DNA of 38,516 bases from contig JALVRC010000083.1 in the NCBI GenBank assembly GCA_027025255.1, positions 1-38,516 on the forward strand. Reading direction: 5' to 3'. How positions within the stretch are numbered: position 1 is the stretch's first letter; each line of letters begins with the position of its first letter. Under the pieces are notes generated by a model that saw nothing but the letters and a program-made list of their open reading frames with translations, searched no databases and was not told the DNA's origin. The stretch comes from a candidate division WOR-3 bacterium. Lineage in GTDB: Bacteria > Hydrothermota > Tepidihabitantia > B3-TA06 > JALVRC01. Made by a program: the position numbers and the translations under genes. Shown here piece after piece: positions 8,102 to 17,638 of this stretch.

Positions 8102-11100
8102 ATGAAACGTATAAGTGTAATTTTACTATTTATTGTTAGCCTTGCTTTTGCAAGACTAAACTGGCAGCCGCGTCTGAATCTTGATAAAAGACATAAGAAA
8201 TGTAGAGCTCAGACAGCTGTTTCTGATAATCCGGCTGTCTTCTGGTGGTCAGCCTGGACACAGAATAGCTATATGAACAGTATAGAGGTTAGTAATACAT
8301 GCCAGGGTGGTGTAATAACTCGTCCTACAAACTGGGATCATTATGAGGGACAGTGGCCATTTGGTTTTAGTACGGGTAATGGCAACCTTGAGTTTCCCGC
8401 TTACAGTGGTCAGATGTATAACTGGGCATGGGGAGCATGGTTCGGAGCTCTCTATCCCAAGGTAAATGATAAAGGAGAGACAACCTGGGTTAAGAATGTT
8501 TCCAAATGTGCATATTATACTGATTTAGGCGCTATGAGCGTTCCTGAGATGAGTGATGCAGGTGATAAGCTGCATGATATTAGCTCTCTGGGTTTGTACT
8601 TTTCTACCCAGCAAATACCTGAAAAGGTGATGGGTACTAAGGGCTATTATCTGTTTGCACCTTCAAGGAGTAAACCGGAATCATATCAGACACGCTGGCC
8701 CTTCGCAGATACTATGATTAATAAGAGAAGGCCCAAGCATGCCTGGGTATATCCTGATTCAGGTGATATCATAGCTTACGAAGAGACCTTTGCAGTTGCA
8801 GGTGACTACATTCCTGAGGATAATGCTGCATTAATATGGTTAAGAACAAACTCAACACCTTACGATTATCAGGCCCTGGGTATCAGGGTTGAGCAGAGAA
8901 CGTATATATGGAACTATGCGTACAACAATCAGTATATGTACATTAACTACAAGGTTCGGAATATGAACAATTTCCCACTTAAGAATTTCTATGTGGGATT
9001 CTTTATGGATAATGATATTGGCGATGCAACTGACGATATGATTGGCTACCTTGAGGATTTGAACCTTGGCTATTCCTATGATTCTGATGGAAAGGAGATG
9101 GGATGGATAACACCTGCTGGATTTATAGGCTGTGTAATGGTTGAAACACCGGCAGATTCAGGGTTAACTGGTTTTAATACATGGGTAAGATCCACGGAGC
9201 CAGGCGATATTATGATTGATGATGATGGCACGGATTCACTTAAATACGACGCACTTGCAGAAAGAGAGTTTAAAACATACGAGCTTCCAAGAGATGTAAG
9301 ACAGCTGTCTGCAAGCGGACCTCTGCCTGAGATAAAACCAGGAGAGGAAGTTGGGTTTACCGTAGCAATCATTGTTGCTTTTTCTCTTGATGAATTGATA
9401 GAAAAGGCAAAAATGGCAATAGATCAGTTTAACACAGGATATCTTGGGTTTGCTCCACCGCCCTCACCAAATGTTACAGTTAAGCCAGGAGATGGAGTAG
9501 TATATGTTACATGGGACAACAGTCCTGAAGACTATGTCGATTTAATGGCTGATGAGCAGACATTTGAAGGCTACAGAGTATATAAGAGCAGAACTGGATA
9601 CCTTGATGACTGGGAGCTTGTTGCTGACTACGATAGGAAGAATACGGCAACTCCTGATACAGTTATGATTAAACCTGTTAATGCAACCTCTAATGCTGAG
9701 ATAGTCTTTACAGGATACGATGCTGGTGCAGAGAAGGTTTCAGCGCAGTACACAGTTAATTTTTCTCTTTTAAGGGTTGATACCACTGTGATTGATTCTA
9801 CTACCACAGAATACGACACTGTCTTCGGATACGATATATACAACATAGATAAAAAACAGCTTTATTCATACAGTACCAACGAAGCATACTCATTTACATT
9901 CAGGGTTAAATCCCATGAATCTGGGCAGATTTATAAAACATTCCCCGGATACATACCAGGAGATACACTTAAGTTTGACGGCATGAATTTTGTTATCAAG
10001 AATGGTGTACCTGATCCTGAGCTGCCAATTGACACTACACCGAATGCAGGGGATGCATACATGATAACTTCATTCAAGTCAGAAGCAATTGGTCCTGAAA
10101 CAGGCATTAGATACTTTTATGCTGATTCCAATGTTGTTAACGGATACAAGTATTACTATTCAGTGGTTTCATATTCAAAGCCCCTTCCAAAGTATGGTGT
10201 TGATATACTTGAAGGTGGTAAAAGCGGTAAAAAGTACTGGGCTATTCCTATGAAATCTCCAGTAAACTATGCTGATGTTTCAATTGATTACGAAAGAATA
10301 TCAGGAAAGGGTGATATGCGATTCTTCAGCACTATTGTTAATCCTATGGAGGTTAAGGATAATGAGTACACAGTAACATTTAACAGTGATGAGCATGGAA
10401 ACATTGTCTCATGGAATATTCTGGAAGGTTCAACGCCAAAGGCAGAGAGTATTCCGTATCTTGAGGGTGACGGATACTCTCCGGTTATTGATGGTGTTTC
10501 TTTTAAAGCCTATATTACTTCCAAGAATAAACTTGATATTAATGATACGATTATTGACGATGGATATACTCACTGGGCTGACAGCACTATTGATGCACCA
10601 ATACTCTTTCATGAGGCTGATAGCCTTGAAGCCACTGATTTTGCTATAATCTTTACACAGGATGGTTATGTTGATAACAGGCACAAGAAGTACACATTTA
10701 AGATAATAGATATAACTACAGGTGAGATGATGCACTGCTACTTTATAAAAAATAATCAAAAGATTATAAAGGGAGATACAATAACGAGAGACTCTTCACA
10801 GCTTCTATGGTTTAAGGATAAAATATACGTTTATCATGGTGGTGAATACAACAGAAATCAGCAGTTCTGGTTAGAGGTTCAGGATTTGTACAATGAGAGA
10901 ACTAAATTCCCTGAAGAAGGTGATACTCTGTATGTAAAGACTTTAAAAAAGGTATCTTCAGACACTAAGATTAGAATAACCACAACAGGATTTGGAACCT
11001 TAAAGGATACGTTTAGTCTGGATTCAATAAGAGTAGTTCCTAATCCGTATTATGTTAGAGCCCCATGGGATGAGAGTAAATGGGTTCAAAAGGTCTGGTT

Positions 11101-11308
11101 CCAGGGATTACCTGATAAATGTAAGATAAGGATATTCAATGCTGCAGGATTGCAGGTCAGGGTACTCTATCATAATGAGCCTACAGGTGCTGCTTACTGG
11201 GATTTATATACAGAAGAAGGTCAACGTGCTACTAGTGGTCTGTACTTCTACCTTGTTGAAATGGAAAATGGCAAAAAGAAAACTGGTAAGTTTTCAATAA
11301 TTTACTAA
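8102..11308 (+). CDS. Large secreted protein of unknown function with an FN3-like module and a T9SS C-terminal sorting domain
   Basis: Signal peptide (LFIVSLAFA). Acidic cluster FFMDNDIGDATDDMIGY. FN3-like start PPPSPNVTVKPGDGVVYVTWDN...FEGYRVYKS and a distant FN3-like end GYKYYYSVVSYS. C-terminal VVPNPYY...GLYFYLVEMENGKKKTGKFSIIY is typical of T9SS/FlgD-Ig-type CTDs. No catalytic motif recognised. Confidence 0.7.
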   Translation: MKRISVILLFIVSLAFARLNWQPRLNLDKRHKKCRAQTAVSDNPAVFWWSAWTQNSYMNSIEVSNTCQGGVITRPTNWDHYEGQWPFGFSTGNGNLEFPAYSGQMYNWAWGAWFGALYPKVNDKGETTWVKNVSKCAYYTDLGAMSVPEMSDAGDKLHDISSLGLYFSTQQIPEKVMGTKGYYLFAPSRSKPESYQTRWPFADTMINKRRPKHAWVYPDSGDIIAYEETFAVAGDYIPEDNAALIWLRTNSTPYDYQALGIRVEQRTYIWNYAYNNQYMYINYKVRNMNNFPLKNFYVGFFMDNDIGDATDDMIGYLEDLNLGYSYDSDGKEMGWITPAGFIGCVMVETPADSGLTGFNTWVRSTEPGDIMIDDDGTDSLKYDALAEREFKTYELPRDVRQLSASGPLPEIKPGEEVGFTVAIIVAFSLDELIEKAKMAIDQFNTGYLGFAPPPSPNVTVKPGDGVVYVTWDNSPEDYVDLMADEQTFEGYRVYKSRTGYLDDWELVADYDRKNTATPDTVMIKPVNATSNAEIVFTGYDAGAEKVSAQYTVNFSLLRVDTTVIDSTTTEYDTVFGYDIYNIDKKQLYSYSTNEAYSFTFRVKSHESGQIYKTFPGYIPGDTLKFDGMNFVIKNGVPDPELPIDTTPNAGDAYMITSFKSEAIGPETGIRYFYADSNVVNGYKYYYSVVSYSKPLPKYGVDILEGGKSGKKYWAIPMKSPVNYADVSIDYERISGKGDMRFFSTIVNPMEVKDNEYTVTFNSDEHGNIVSWNILEGSTPKAESIPYLEGDGYSPVIDGVSFKAYITSKNKLDINDTIIDDGYTHWADSTIDAPILFHEADSLEATDFAIIFTQDGYVDNRHKKYTFKIIDITTGEMMHCYFIKNNQKIIKGDTITRDSSQLLWFKDKIYVYHGGEYNRNQQFWLEVQDLYNERTKFPEEGDTLYVKTLKKVSSDTKIRITTTGFGTLKDTFSLDSIRVVPNPYYVRAPWDESKWVQKVWFQGLPDKCKIRIFNAAGLQVRVLYHNEPTGAAYWDLYTEEGQRATSGLYFYLVEMENGKKKTGKFSIIY

Positions 11309-11318
11309 GAGGTGTGAG

Positions 11319-12377
11319 ATGAAAAGAAAAGGAATTTTAATAATTGGATTTGTTTTAGCTTTAGCCTTCCCTCTCCATGCAAGATTAGGAGGGAGTGGAA
11401 TAGTCTCTCTTGGTATGGGAGATGGTGTTAGAGCTATTGGTATGGGTGGAGCATTTACTGCTTATGGAGAAGGTGTTGAGGCAGGATTCTGGAACCCTGC
11501 TGGTATTGCAGGAGTAAAGCAGGTTTCCATTTTAACTGCTCATGCAATGAGCTATGTTGGAACATCTGTTGAGAATATTTCATTTGCATTACCTATGAAC
11601 AATAGCGCTCTGGGAATGGATATTCATGCGTTTCTGTCAGGCCCAATTGAGATAACCACTGTTAATAGACAGGAAGGGATAAATCAATACTACAGTGCGA
11701 ATGATTTTGTTATAGGCTTTATGTACGGTAAACAGATGACCAATAAATTCTGGGCTGGTACCAATGTAAAAGCTGTTTATTCTACAATAGACCAGGTTAG
11801 TGCTCTTGGTTTTGCAATTGATATTGGCGGTAAATACTATACAGGTATAAAGGGATTGAATTTTGGCTTTGCCATTCAGAACTTTGGTCCTGATGAGAGA
11901 TATACAGGACAGGCTATAGAGTGGTATACTTCCAAGGATACTCTTCAGGATGAGGATGTTCAGATTGAGGCTGTTACGCAGGCTTTTCCTCTTCCTTTAA
12001 GTTTCCAGGGAGGTTTAAGCTTTACTGCTATTAAGAACGATAATTTTGAGCTAAATCTTGCCTTAGATTATATACATCCAATAGATCAGTTTACCAAAAA
12101 ATCCTCTCTTAGCGATTCAACAGGTAGTATAAACTGGAATGGTAATGATATGGGAAAACGTGATGAGTATTACTATTTTCTTAAGGATGTGAATGCTGGC
12201 ATAGAAATGAAATTTATGAATAGGTTCTTTTTAAGGCTGGGGCATACAGAGAAGAACGACAGATTGTTTACAGCCGGATTAGGTATAGATATGGGTAAGT
12301 ACAGAATAGACTATAGTTTTGAATATCATAAGTATTTGAACGGTATTCATAGATTAGGAATAGTGCTGGGGCAATAG
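11319..12377 (+). CDS. PorV/PorQ-family (UPF0164-like) outer-membrane beta-barrel
   Basis: Signal peptide, then the family hallmark GMGDGVRAIGMGGAFTAYGEGVEAGFWNPAGIAG. Alternating beta-strand pattern, about 350 aa. Confidence 0.7.
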   Translation: MKRKGILIIGFVLALAFPLHARLGGSGIVSLGMGDGVRAIGMGGAFTAYGEGVEAGFWNPAGIAGVKQVSILTAHAMSYVGTSVENISFALPMNNSALGMDIHAFLSGPIEITTVNRQEGINQYYSANDFVIGFMYGKQMTNKFWAGTNVKAVYSTIDQVSALGFAIDIGGKYYTGIKGLNFGFAIQNFGPDERYTGQAIEWYTSKDTLQDEDVQIEAVTQAFPLPLSFQGGLSFTAIKNDNFELNLALDYIHPIDQFTKKSSLSDSTGSINWNGNDMGKRDEYYYFLKDVNAGIEMKFMNRFFLRLGHTEKNDRLFTAGLGIDMGKYRIDYSFEYHKYLNGIHRLGIVLGQ

Positions 12378-12387
12378 TCCCAGCACT
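12362..12387 (+). other. Perfect 9-bp stem / 8-nt loop hairpin spanning the stop codon of the PorV-like gene (possible attenuator or RNA-processing/stabilising structure)
   Basis: AGTGCTGGG (12362-12370), loop gcaatagt, CCCAGCACT (12379-12387). No U-tract follows, so it is not a classic intrinsic terminator. Confidence 0.4.
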
Positions 12388-12449
12388 ACTATATAAAAGG
12401 AGGTGAAATATACAAAACAAAACAAATAACCAAAAAGGAGGTTTTTAAA

Positions 12450-14195
12450 ATGAAGAGATTAATTCTTGCAATAATAGGGATTGTTGCTATTGCTGGTGCA
12501 GCTAATATTTACGCACCGATAACAATACTTTCAAATAACTCCTATAATCTTACCAACATTGATTTAAACCCATATAATGGAGTTATAAACTATGACCCAA
12601 TGGCTGGTGTAGGTACACTTATTGATAGTGCCGGGAACCAATACACAATAATTGCTGCAACTACAAATACCATTTACTATGGTAATGATGCTGTGGTTAT
12701 TATTAACAGAAGATTTGATCCTACAGGTGCCTTAAATTATCATACACTTTACAACGGAACCTGGACACATGATCAGATATATTCTCAGGATTTTGGTCTT
12801 GCTCGTTACCCTTCAGCTTTTGCTGGTTCAGACGGACCTTATGCAGGATTCCCTGTATTAGAGGGAGCATGGCCAAATGTTAGCTGGGGTTATGCAGCAG
12901 GTCAGTATGGCAGTGGTGGTTATGGCTCAGGAACATGGGACTTTGCACTTCTTCTGGGGGATGAGCAGGATAAGGATGCAATTCATGTTTTGCCATTTGA
13001 AACAGATGACGGCAATATTCTTTTCCTTACATGGGGAAAAGATGCTAATGGTGACAATGTTAATAAGATCTTTGCCATTCTTCATACAAAGGATTTATCA
13101 TCAGTAGTATCAGAAACACAGTTAAGGAACGGCTCTGATCCGTATGCAGCATCAATGGATTACAATGGTGGAACAGCTGCTATGCAGATACTTGATAATA
13201 ACGAAGCCGGATACATAACAAGTACTGATAATGGTGCCACCTGGAGCGATATGACTGCTGACAGAGGAGATACTATTGTTGGATTTATAAGAGATGCAGA
13301 TGTTTATGGTGGTTTTTCTACAATCTATGGGGCAAATATTGATTTTGCCCTTAATAGCAGTGCTGAGTATTACTGTGCATTCAATATTGAGGATACTACT
13401 GCTTTCCATACTCCTACGAAACGCTGGCCACCAGCAGGAGCGGTTTATTTTTATAATCCAAAGATAAGTGCTACAAGGAACTATCGTATTGATATTCCTA
13501 AACCATACGATATTTACAATCCTGATACAGTTTATACAGCAAATTTTGTTTATTATACTCAGATAGCGATTGGCGAATCAAAAGGGAGAACAATTGCAGC
13601 TATAGTATGGATGCAGGCAGATACCTCTATAGGAACCTTTGAGCCTACGAAATGGGATATTTATATGAGGTATACTAAAAATGCCGACTCTCAGGATTCA
13701 ACTAACTGGAGTGATATAATCAATATTACAAACACAAATGATGTTTCTGAGTGTTATTTACATGTTGCTCCAAGGCTTAAAATAGATGGTGATTCAGCCA
13801 CAGTATTCATTGCCTGGGCAGAGGACATGGGTAGTAATGGAGCAAAGGATGTTCATTTCTTAACAGATGCAGAAGATCAGGCAGTCCCTATCGCAGTGAA
13901 GTATATGAGCTATACGTTTGATATAAAAGGAGATACCTCAGGAGTAGTAGAAGAGGGGTCTGTTGATATTGTTGCCAATTCAAGTCCCAATACAATTGCA
14001 TTCTCTTTAAGCAGTACCTCCAATGTTGATATTTCCATAGCTGATGTTTCTGGTAGAACAGTAAAAACTATAAGCAGGAGTTTCAGTGTTGGTTCTCATA
14101 CAGTTGATATGAACAGTCTTTCAAACGGCGTATACTTCTATAATATCAAGGTGAATGGCAAGAGCTATAACGGAAGATTGATTGTTGTTCACTAA
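12450..14195 (+). CDS. BNR/Asp-box repeat (sialidase-fold-like) secreted protein with T9SS C-terminal domain
   Basis: Signal peptide. Canonical Asp-box S-x-D-x-G-x-T-W (TSTDNGATWSD) plus a degenerate copy (DSTNWSD). CTD ...ISIADVSGRTVKTI...LSNGVYFYNIKVNGKSYNGRLIVVH. Confidence 0.7.
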   Translation: MKRLILAIIGIVAIAGAANIYAPITILSNNSYNLTNIDLNPYNGVINYDPMAGVGTLIDSAGNQYTIIAATTNTIYYGNDAVVIINRRFDPTGALNYHTLYNGTWTHDQIYSQDFGLARYPSAFAGSDGPYAGFPVLEGAWPNVSWGYAAGQYGSGGYGSGTWDFALLLGDEQDKDAIHVLPFETDDGNILFLTWGKDANGDNVNKIFAILHTKDLSSVVSETQLRNGSDPYAASMDYNGGTAAMQILDNNEAGYITSTDNGATWSDMTADRGDTIVGFIRDADVYGGFSTIYGANIDFALNSSAEYYCAFNIEDTTAFHTPTKRWPPAGAVYFYNPKISATRNYRIDIPKPYDIYNPDTVYTANFVYYTQIAIGESKGRTIAAIVWMQADTSIGTFEPTKWDIYMRYTKNADSQDSTNWSDIINITNTNDVSECYLHVAPRLKIDGDSATVFIAWAEDMGSNGAKDVHFLTDAEDQAVPIAVKYMSYTFDIKGDTSGVVEEGSVDIVANSSPNTIAFSLSSTSNVDISIADVSGRTVKTISRSFSVGSHTVDMNSLSNGVYFYNIKVNGKSYNGRLIVVH

Positions 14196-14211
14196 TGCAC
14201 GCGATTAATAA

Positions 14212-15042
14212 ATGATTAAACGAATTATATTGGGAGGAGCTTTGCTCCTCCCAATACTTTTTACTTTCTGCTCTTCTGAGAGTGACTGGCAGCCAAACGA
14301 GAAAGACAGCAGTGATGTATTTACGCTTATTGATTCAACGCTAAAGAATTATGCCCCACCTGTTTCCAACTTACCGGACAATATTTTATGGAACAGTGGT
14401 GATTCAGTTTTTATTTCATTTATAGAGCAGTCATTTGAGTTTTTTGATACATTGAAACTAATTTCCTGGGGGACGGATACAACAGCAACTTTAACTGTTT
14501 ATGATTCATTGAGGATGAATGTTGTTTTCTATATTGATTCTCTCGTCTATAAAGATAGCAGTGTGTATAAACCGGATACATTTGGATATACTGTTTTCGG
14601 AGAGGGGTGGAGCAAGATGCTTTTTAAGAAATATGATAATGAATGGAGGCTTGAGAAGGTTTCAGCTGGAAGCGACATGGGTTTTCCTGAGTTTGCCAAT
14701 ACGCCTGTGCTTTATAGTTTAAGAATAAATGAAAGAGATGTGTATGTGTATGAAATTGATAGCTTGAATAACAAAAAAAATTACATCTTGCATAATCTTT
14801 ATCCTGTTGATAGTATATTTAAGGCTGAAAATGTTTTAATAACAAACGTGAATTTTTCATATCCAGAGGATCTCTATTTTATTGTCGGGGTAAACAATAA
14901 GAGTGAATTTTTTAAAGATTCAGTCTCATTCACTCTTGAGAGGGGTGTTAACAAGTTGTTTATAGAATCCTTTAGTACGGGTCTTATAAATTCTTTGGTG
15001 ATGAGACCGTCCATTTTCTGGGTATATATTCTGAGTAATTAA
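14212..15042 (+). CDS. Hypothetical lipoprotein
   Basis: MIKRIILGGALLLPILFTFC|SSE fits a lipoprotein signal/lipobox. No other motif recognised. No SD upstream. Confidence 0.55.
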   Translation: MIKRIILGGALLLPILFTFCSSESDWQPNEKDSSDVFTLIDSTLKNYAPPVSNLPDNILWNSGDSVFISFIEQSFEFFDTLKLISWGTDTTATLTVYDSLRMNVVFYIDSLVYKDSSVYKPDTFGYTVFGEGWSKMLFKKYDNEWRLEKVSAGSDMGFPEFANTPVLYSLRINERDVYVYEIDSLNNKKNYILHNLYPVDSIFKAENVLITNVNFSYPEDLYFIVGVNNKSEFFKDSVSFTLERGVNKLFIESFSTGLINSLVMRPSIFWVYILSN

Positions 15043-15127
15043 TGGGGGTTTTATATGGGGTTATTTTTACTTTTATCTTATTGAGAGTAGTTTTTTATAG
15101 ATAAGGATTGACAGAGAAGGAGGGAAT

Positions 15128-17638
15128 ATGATGATAATATTTATTTTCTCAATAGCTTTGAATTTACGCATAGAAGACTATTATAGTATAGATAGCATTA
15201 AGTCTTTTGATCGTATGTACTTATTGAGTGGGAAATCTATTAATATTGTACTGCCAAAAGGAGAAAGTATTGATAATGTTAGATTTGATTATACACTTGA
15301 TACTATTAAAGGCATAAAAATAGAGAGTGGAGTTATTAAGGCTACGGATAACCATATAGTAGGCAAAGGTCTCCACGCAGAGGAGTTTGTACCTTTTAGC
15401 CTGATAAGAGAGGGGCTTTTAAGGGGTTTTAGTATTGCTACATTCAAATACTTGCCGTTTTTTTATATAGAAAAAGATTCAACACTTGTTTATGTATCAC
15501 ATTTACATGTTGATATTGAGACAAAACATAATAGACATTTTGCAAATGAGACAAAAAGGTTTAAGTATGGGTATTTAAAAGACTATGTAAAATCAATTGT
15601 TATTAATAAGAAGGATGTGGATAGATTTTATTCATTTAAATACAACTACATATATGAAGAGAAGAATCTTTTGATTATTGCACCAGGTTCTTTTAAAAAA
15701 ATGCTTGGGTTTTATAAGGATTATAAGGAGAGTATGGGATTTAAGGTGGAAATTATTTCCATGGATAGTATTTATGATAATTATGAAGGCAAGGATAAAC
15801 CTGCAAAGATAAGATATTTTCTTTATAGAAATGTAGAGAGCATAAATTACGTGCTTTTAATAGGAAGTCTTGACAGCATACCCATGAGGTTATGTGTGCC
15901 TTTTAATAATGAGTTATACAGTCCTTACAACAATGCTAATATTTCACCTATTCCTACTGATTTATATTATGCAGAGTTGAGCTTTCCGGATGAGGTTTCA
16001 TGGGATTCTGACGGGGATGGCAGATACGGAGAAGCTGGTGGTTTTTCTCAAGTATCAGGAGATGATAAGATGGATTTCTTCCCTGAGATATCCGTAGGAA
16101 GAGTGCCTTTTAATGATTCAATTACTGTACGCAGTTTTCTTGAACGGTTGATAGCATTTGAGCAAAATACAGATGATGGGTATAAAAAACGAGCTGAACT
16201 TGTCGGATTGATTGGTAACTTTAAAAATGAGAATTATCTGCCGAAAACAGATGGTGCCAGTTTAATGGAACGCATAATTAATACCCGCATAGTCTCAAGA
16301 ACGTCAGCTACTACATTATACGAAAAAGAAGGGCTTGATGCATCGTTGTACAATTGTACAGTACCTGTCAACCATGACAATATTATTTTTCAATGGCAGA
16401 AAAAGGGGCTTTTTAATATATGGGGACATGGAAATAGTAAAAAGACTTATAGAAAAATATGGAAGAAGGATAATGGAGATGGTAAACCTCAGTATGAAGA
16501 GATAGCCTATAAGTATGCTCTGGTGAGTAATGATGATACTTCTATTGATAGTCAATTTCCTGCCTTTGCTTTTTTATGTAGTTGTCTTTCCGGGGATATT
16601 GAGGAGGAAGATAATCTTACCTTTAAACTTTTGAAATCTTCTGCAGCGGGGATTGTATCAGCTACACGTTATTCCTGGTATGTTCCTGCATGGGCTAATG
16701 AAAAACAAGGAGGTGATGCTTCTCTTGATTACTTTTTCTTGAAGTTTTTACTCAAGGATACGACTGTTTCTCATGGAAGAGCTGGTAAATCATTGAATTT
16801 AGCAAGAAGTACTGTTTATCAATACGATAATGATATTTATTCAGTTTGTAATCTCTATGCGTTTAATCTTTTTTCTGATCCATCCATGATATATTATGGT
16901 GAGCGCAATCCTGATACAGTAAGGGAATTGATTTTTGATGAAGGAGCTCTGGGTAAAAATATCTTTCTTGATTATAATATTAGATATGCAGTGCAGTTTA
17001 CCCCTCCTAAGTATCCATTCAGGATTAATAGCATTTCTTTTTATATATCAGATACTATTACACTTTATCCTGATAATTTTTACTACTATATTTCTTATGA
17101 GTGGAACGGAAAGCCGTACTTTCCTGTTTATTCAGGTTTAGGAAAGGTAAGTAAAGTAGGCGGATGGAACACATATGTGCCTGATACGACAATAATTGTT
17201 AAAAAAGGGGATTTTTTTGTTGCCATTCAAAGGGTTGGTACACCGAGAAAACTTTTTCTTGGTGCTGATACTGCTGTCCCTGCGCATAAGAGAAGCTGGC
17301 AGTATAAAAATAATTATTGGCAGAAGATAAGTGAAGATATAGATTATATGATAAGGGTTACTGGTTTTGCAGGAGAGTATAAGAGTATTGAAGAAGATGC
17401 CAATTTTCTTTCTAAGGTGAATATAGAACACGGCAGAATAAACTTTGTTTTAAAACACTATTTAACACTTGATATAGCTCTTTATTCTGTTTGCGGAAGA
17501 AAGGTTTTTAGTCTACATCGTACCTATAGTAAAGGTCCCCACACAGTAAAGCTTTCCTCACTCAAGTCTGGTGTTTATTTTCTACTCCTTAAATCAGATG
17601 ATTTCTTATATACTGAGAAATTTATCTATTTTCAATAA
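15128..17638 (+). CDS. Peptidase family C25 (gingipain-like cysteine peptidase) with T9SS C-terminal domain
   Basis: C25 pattern NLLIIAPGSFKKML..YKESMGFKVEIISMDSIY....KIRYFLY....NYVLLIGSLDSIPMR. Candidate catalytic His (NIWGHGNSK) and Cys (FAFLCSCLSGD). CTD ...LKSGVYFLLLKSDDFLYTEKFIYFQ. GAAGGAGGG lies before the ATG. Confidence 0.8.
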   Translation: MMIIFIFSIALNLRIEDYYSIDSIKSFDRMYLLSGKSINIVLPKGESIDNVRFDYTLDTIKGIKIESGVIKATDNHIVGKGLHAEEFVPFSLIREGLLRGFSIATFKYLPFFYIEKDSTLVYVSHLHVDIETKHNRHFANETKRFKYGYLKDYVKSIVINKKDVDRFYSFKYNYIYEEKNLLIIAPGSFKKMLGFYKDYKESMGFKVEIISMDSIYDNYEGKDKPAKIRYFLYRNVESINYVLLIGSLDSIPMRLCVPFNNELYSPYNNANISPIPTDLYYAELSFPDEVSWDSDGDGRYGEAGGFSQVSGDDKMDFFPEISVGRVPFNDSITVRSFLERLIAFEQNTDDGYKKRAELVGLIGNFKNENYLPKTDGASLMERIINTRIVSRTSATTLYEKEGLDASLYNCTVPVNHDNIIFQWQKKGLFNIWGHGNSKKTYRKIWKKDNGDGKPQYEEIAYKYALVSNDDTSIDSQFPAFAFLCSCLSGDIEEEDNLTFKLLKSSAAGIVSATRYSWYVPAWANEKQGGDASLDYFFLKFLLKDTTVSHGRAGKSLNLARSTVYQYDNDIYSVCNLYAFNLFSDPSMIYYGERNPDTVRELIFDEGALGKNIFLDYNIRYAVQFTPPKYPFRINSISFYISDTITLYPDNFYYYISYEWNGKPYFPVYSGLGKVSKVGGWNTYVPDTTIIVKKGDFFVAIQRVGTPRKLFLGADTAVPAHKRSWQYKNNYWQKISEDIDYMIRVTGFAGEYKSIEEDANFLSKVNIEHGRINFVLKHYLTLDIALYSVCGRKVFSLHRTYSKGPHTVKLSSLKSGVYFLLLKSDDFLYTEKFIYFQ

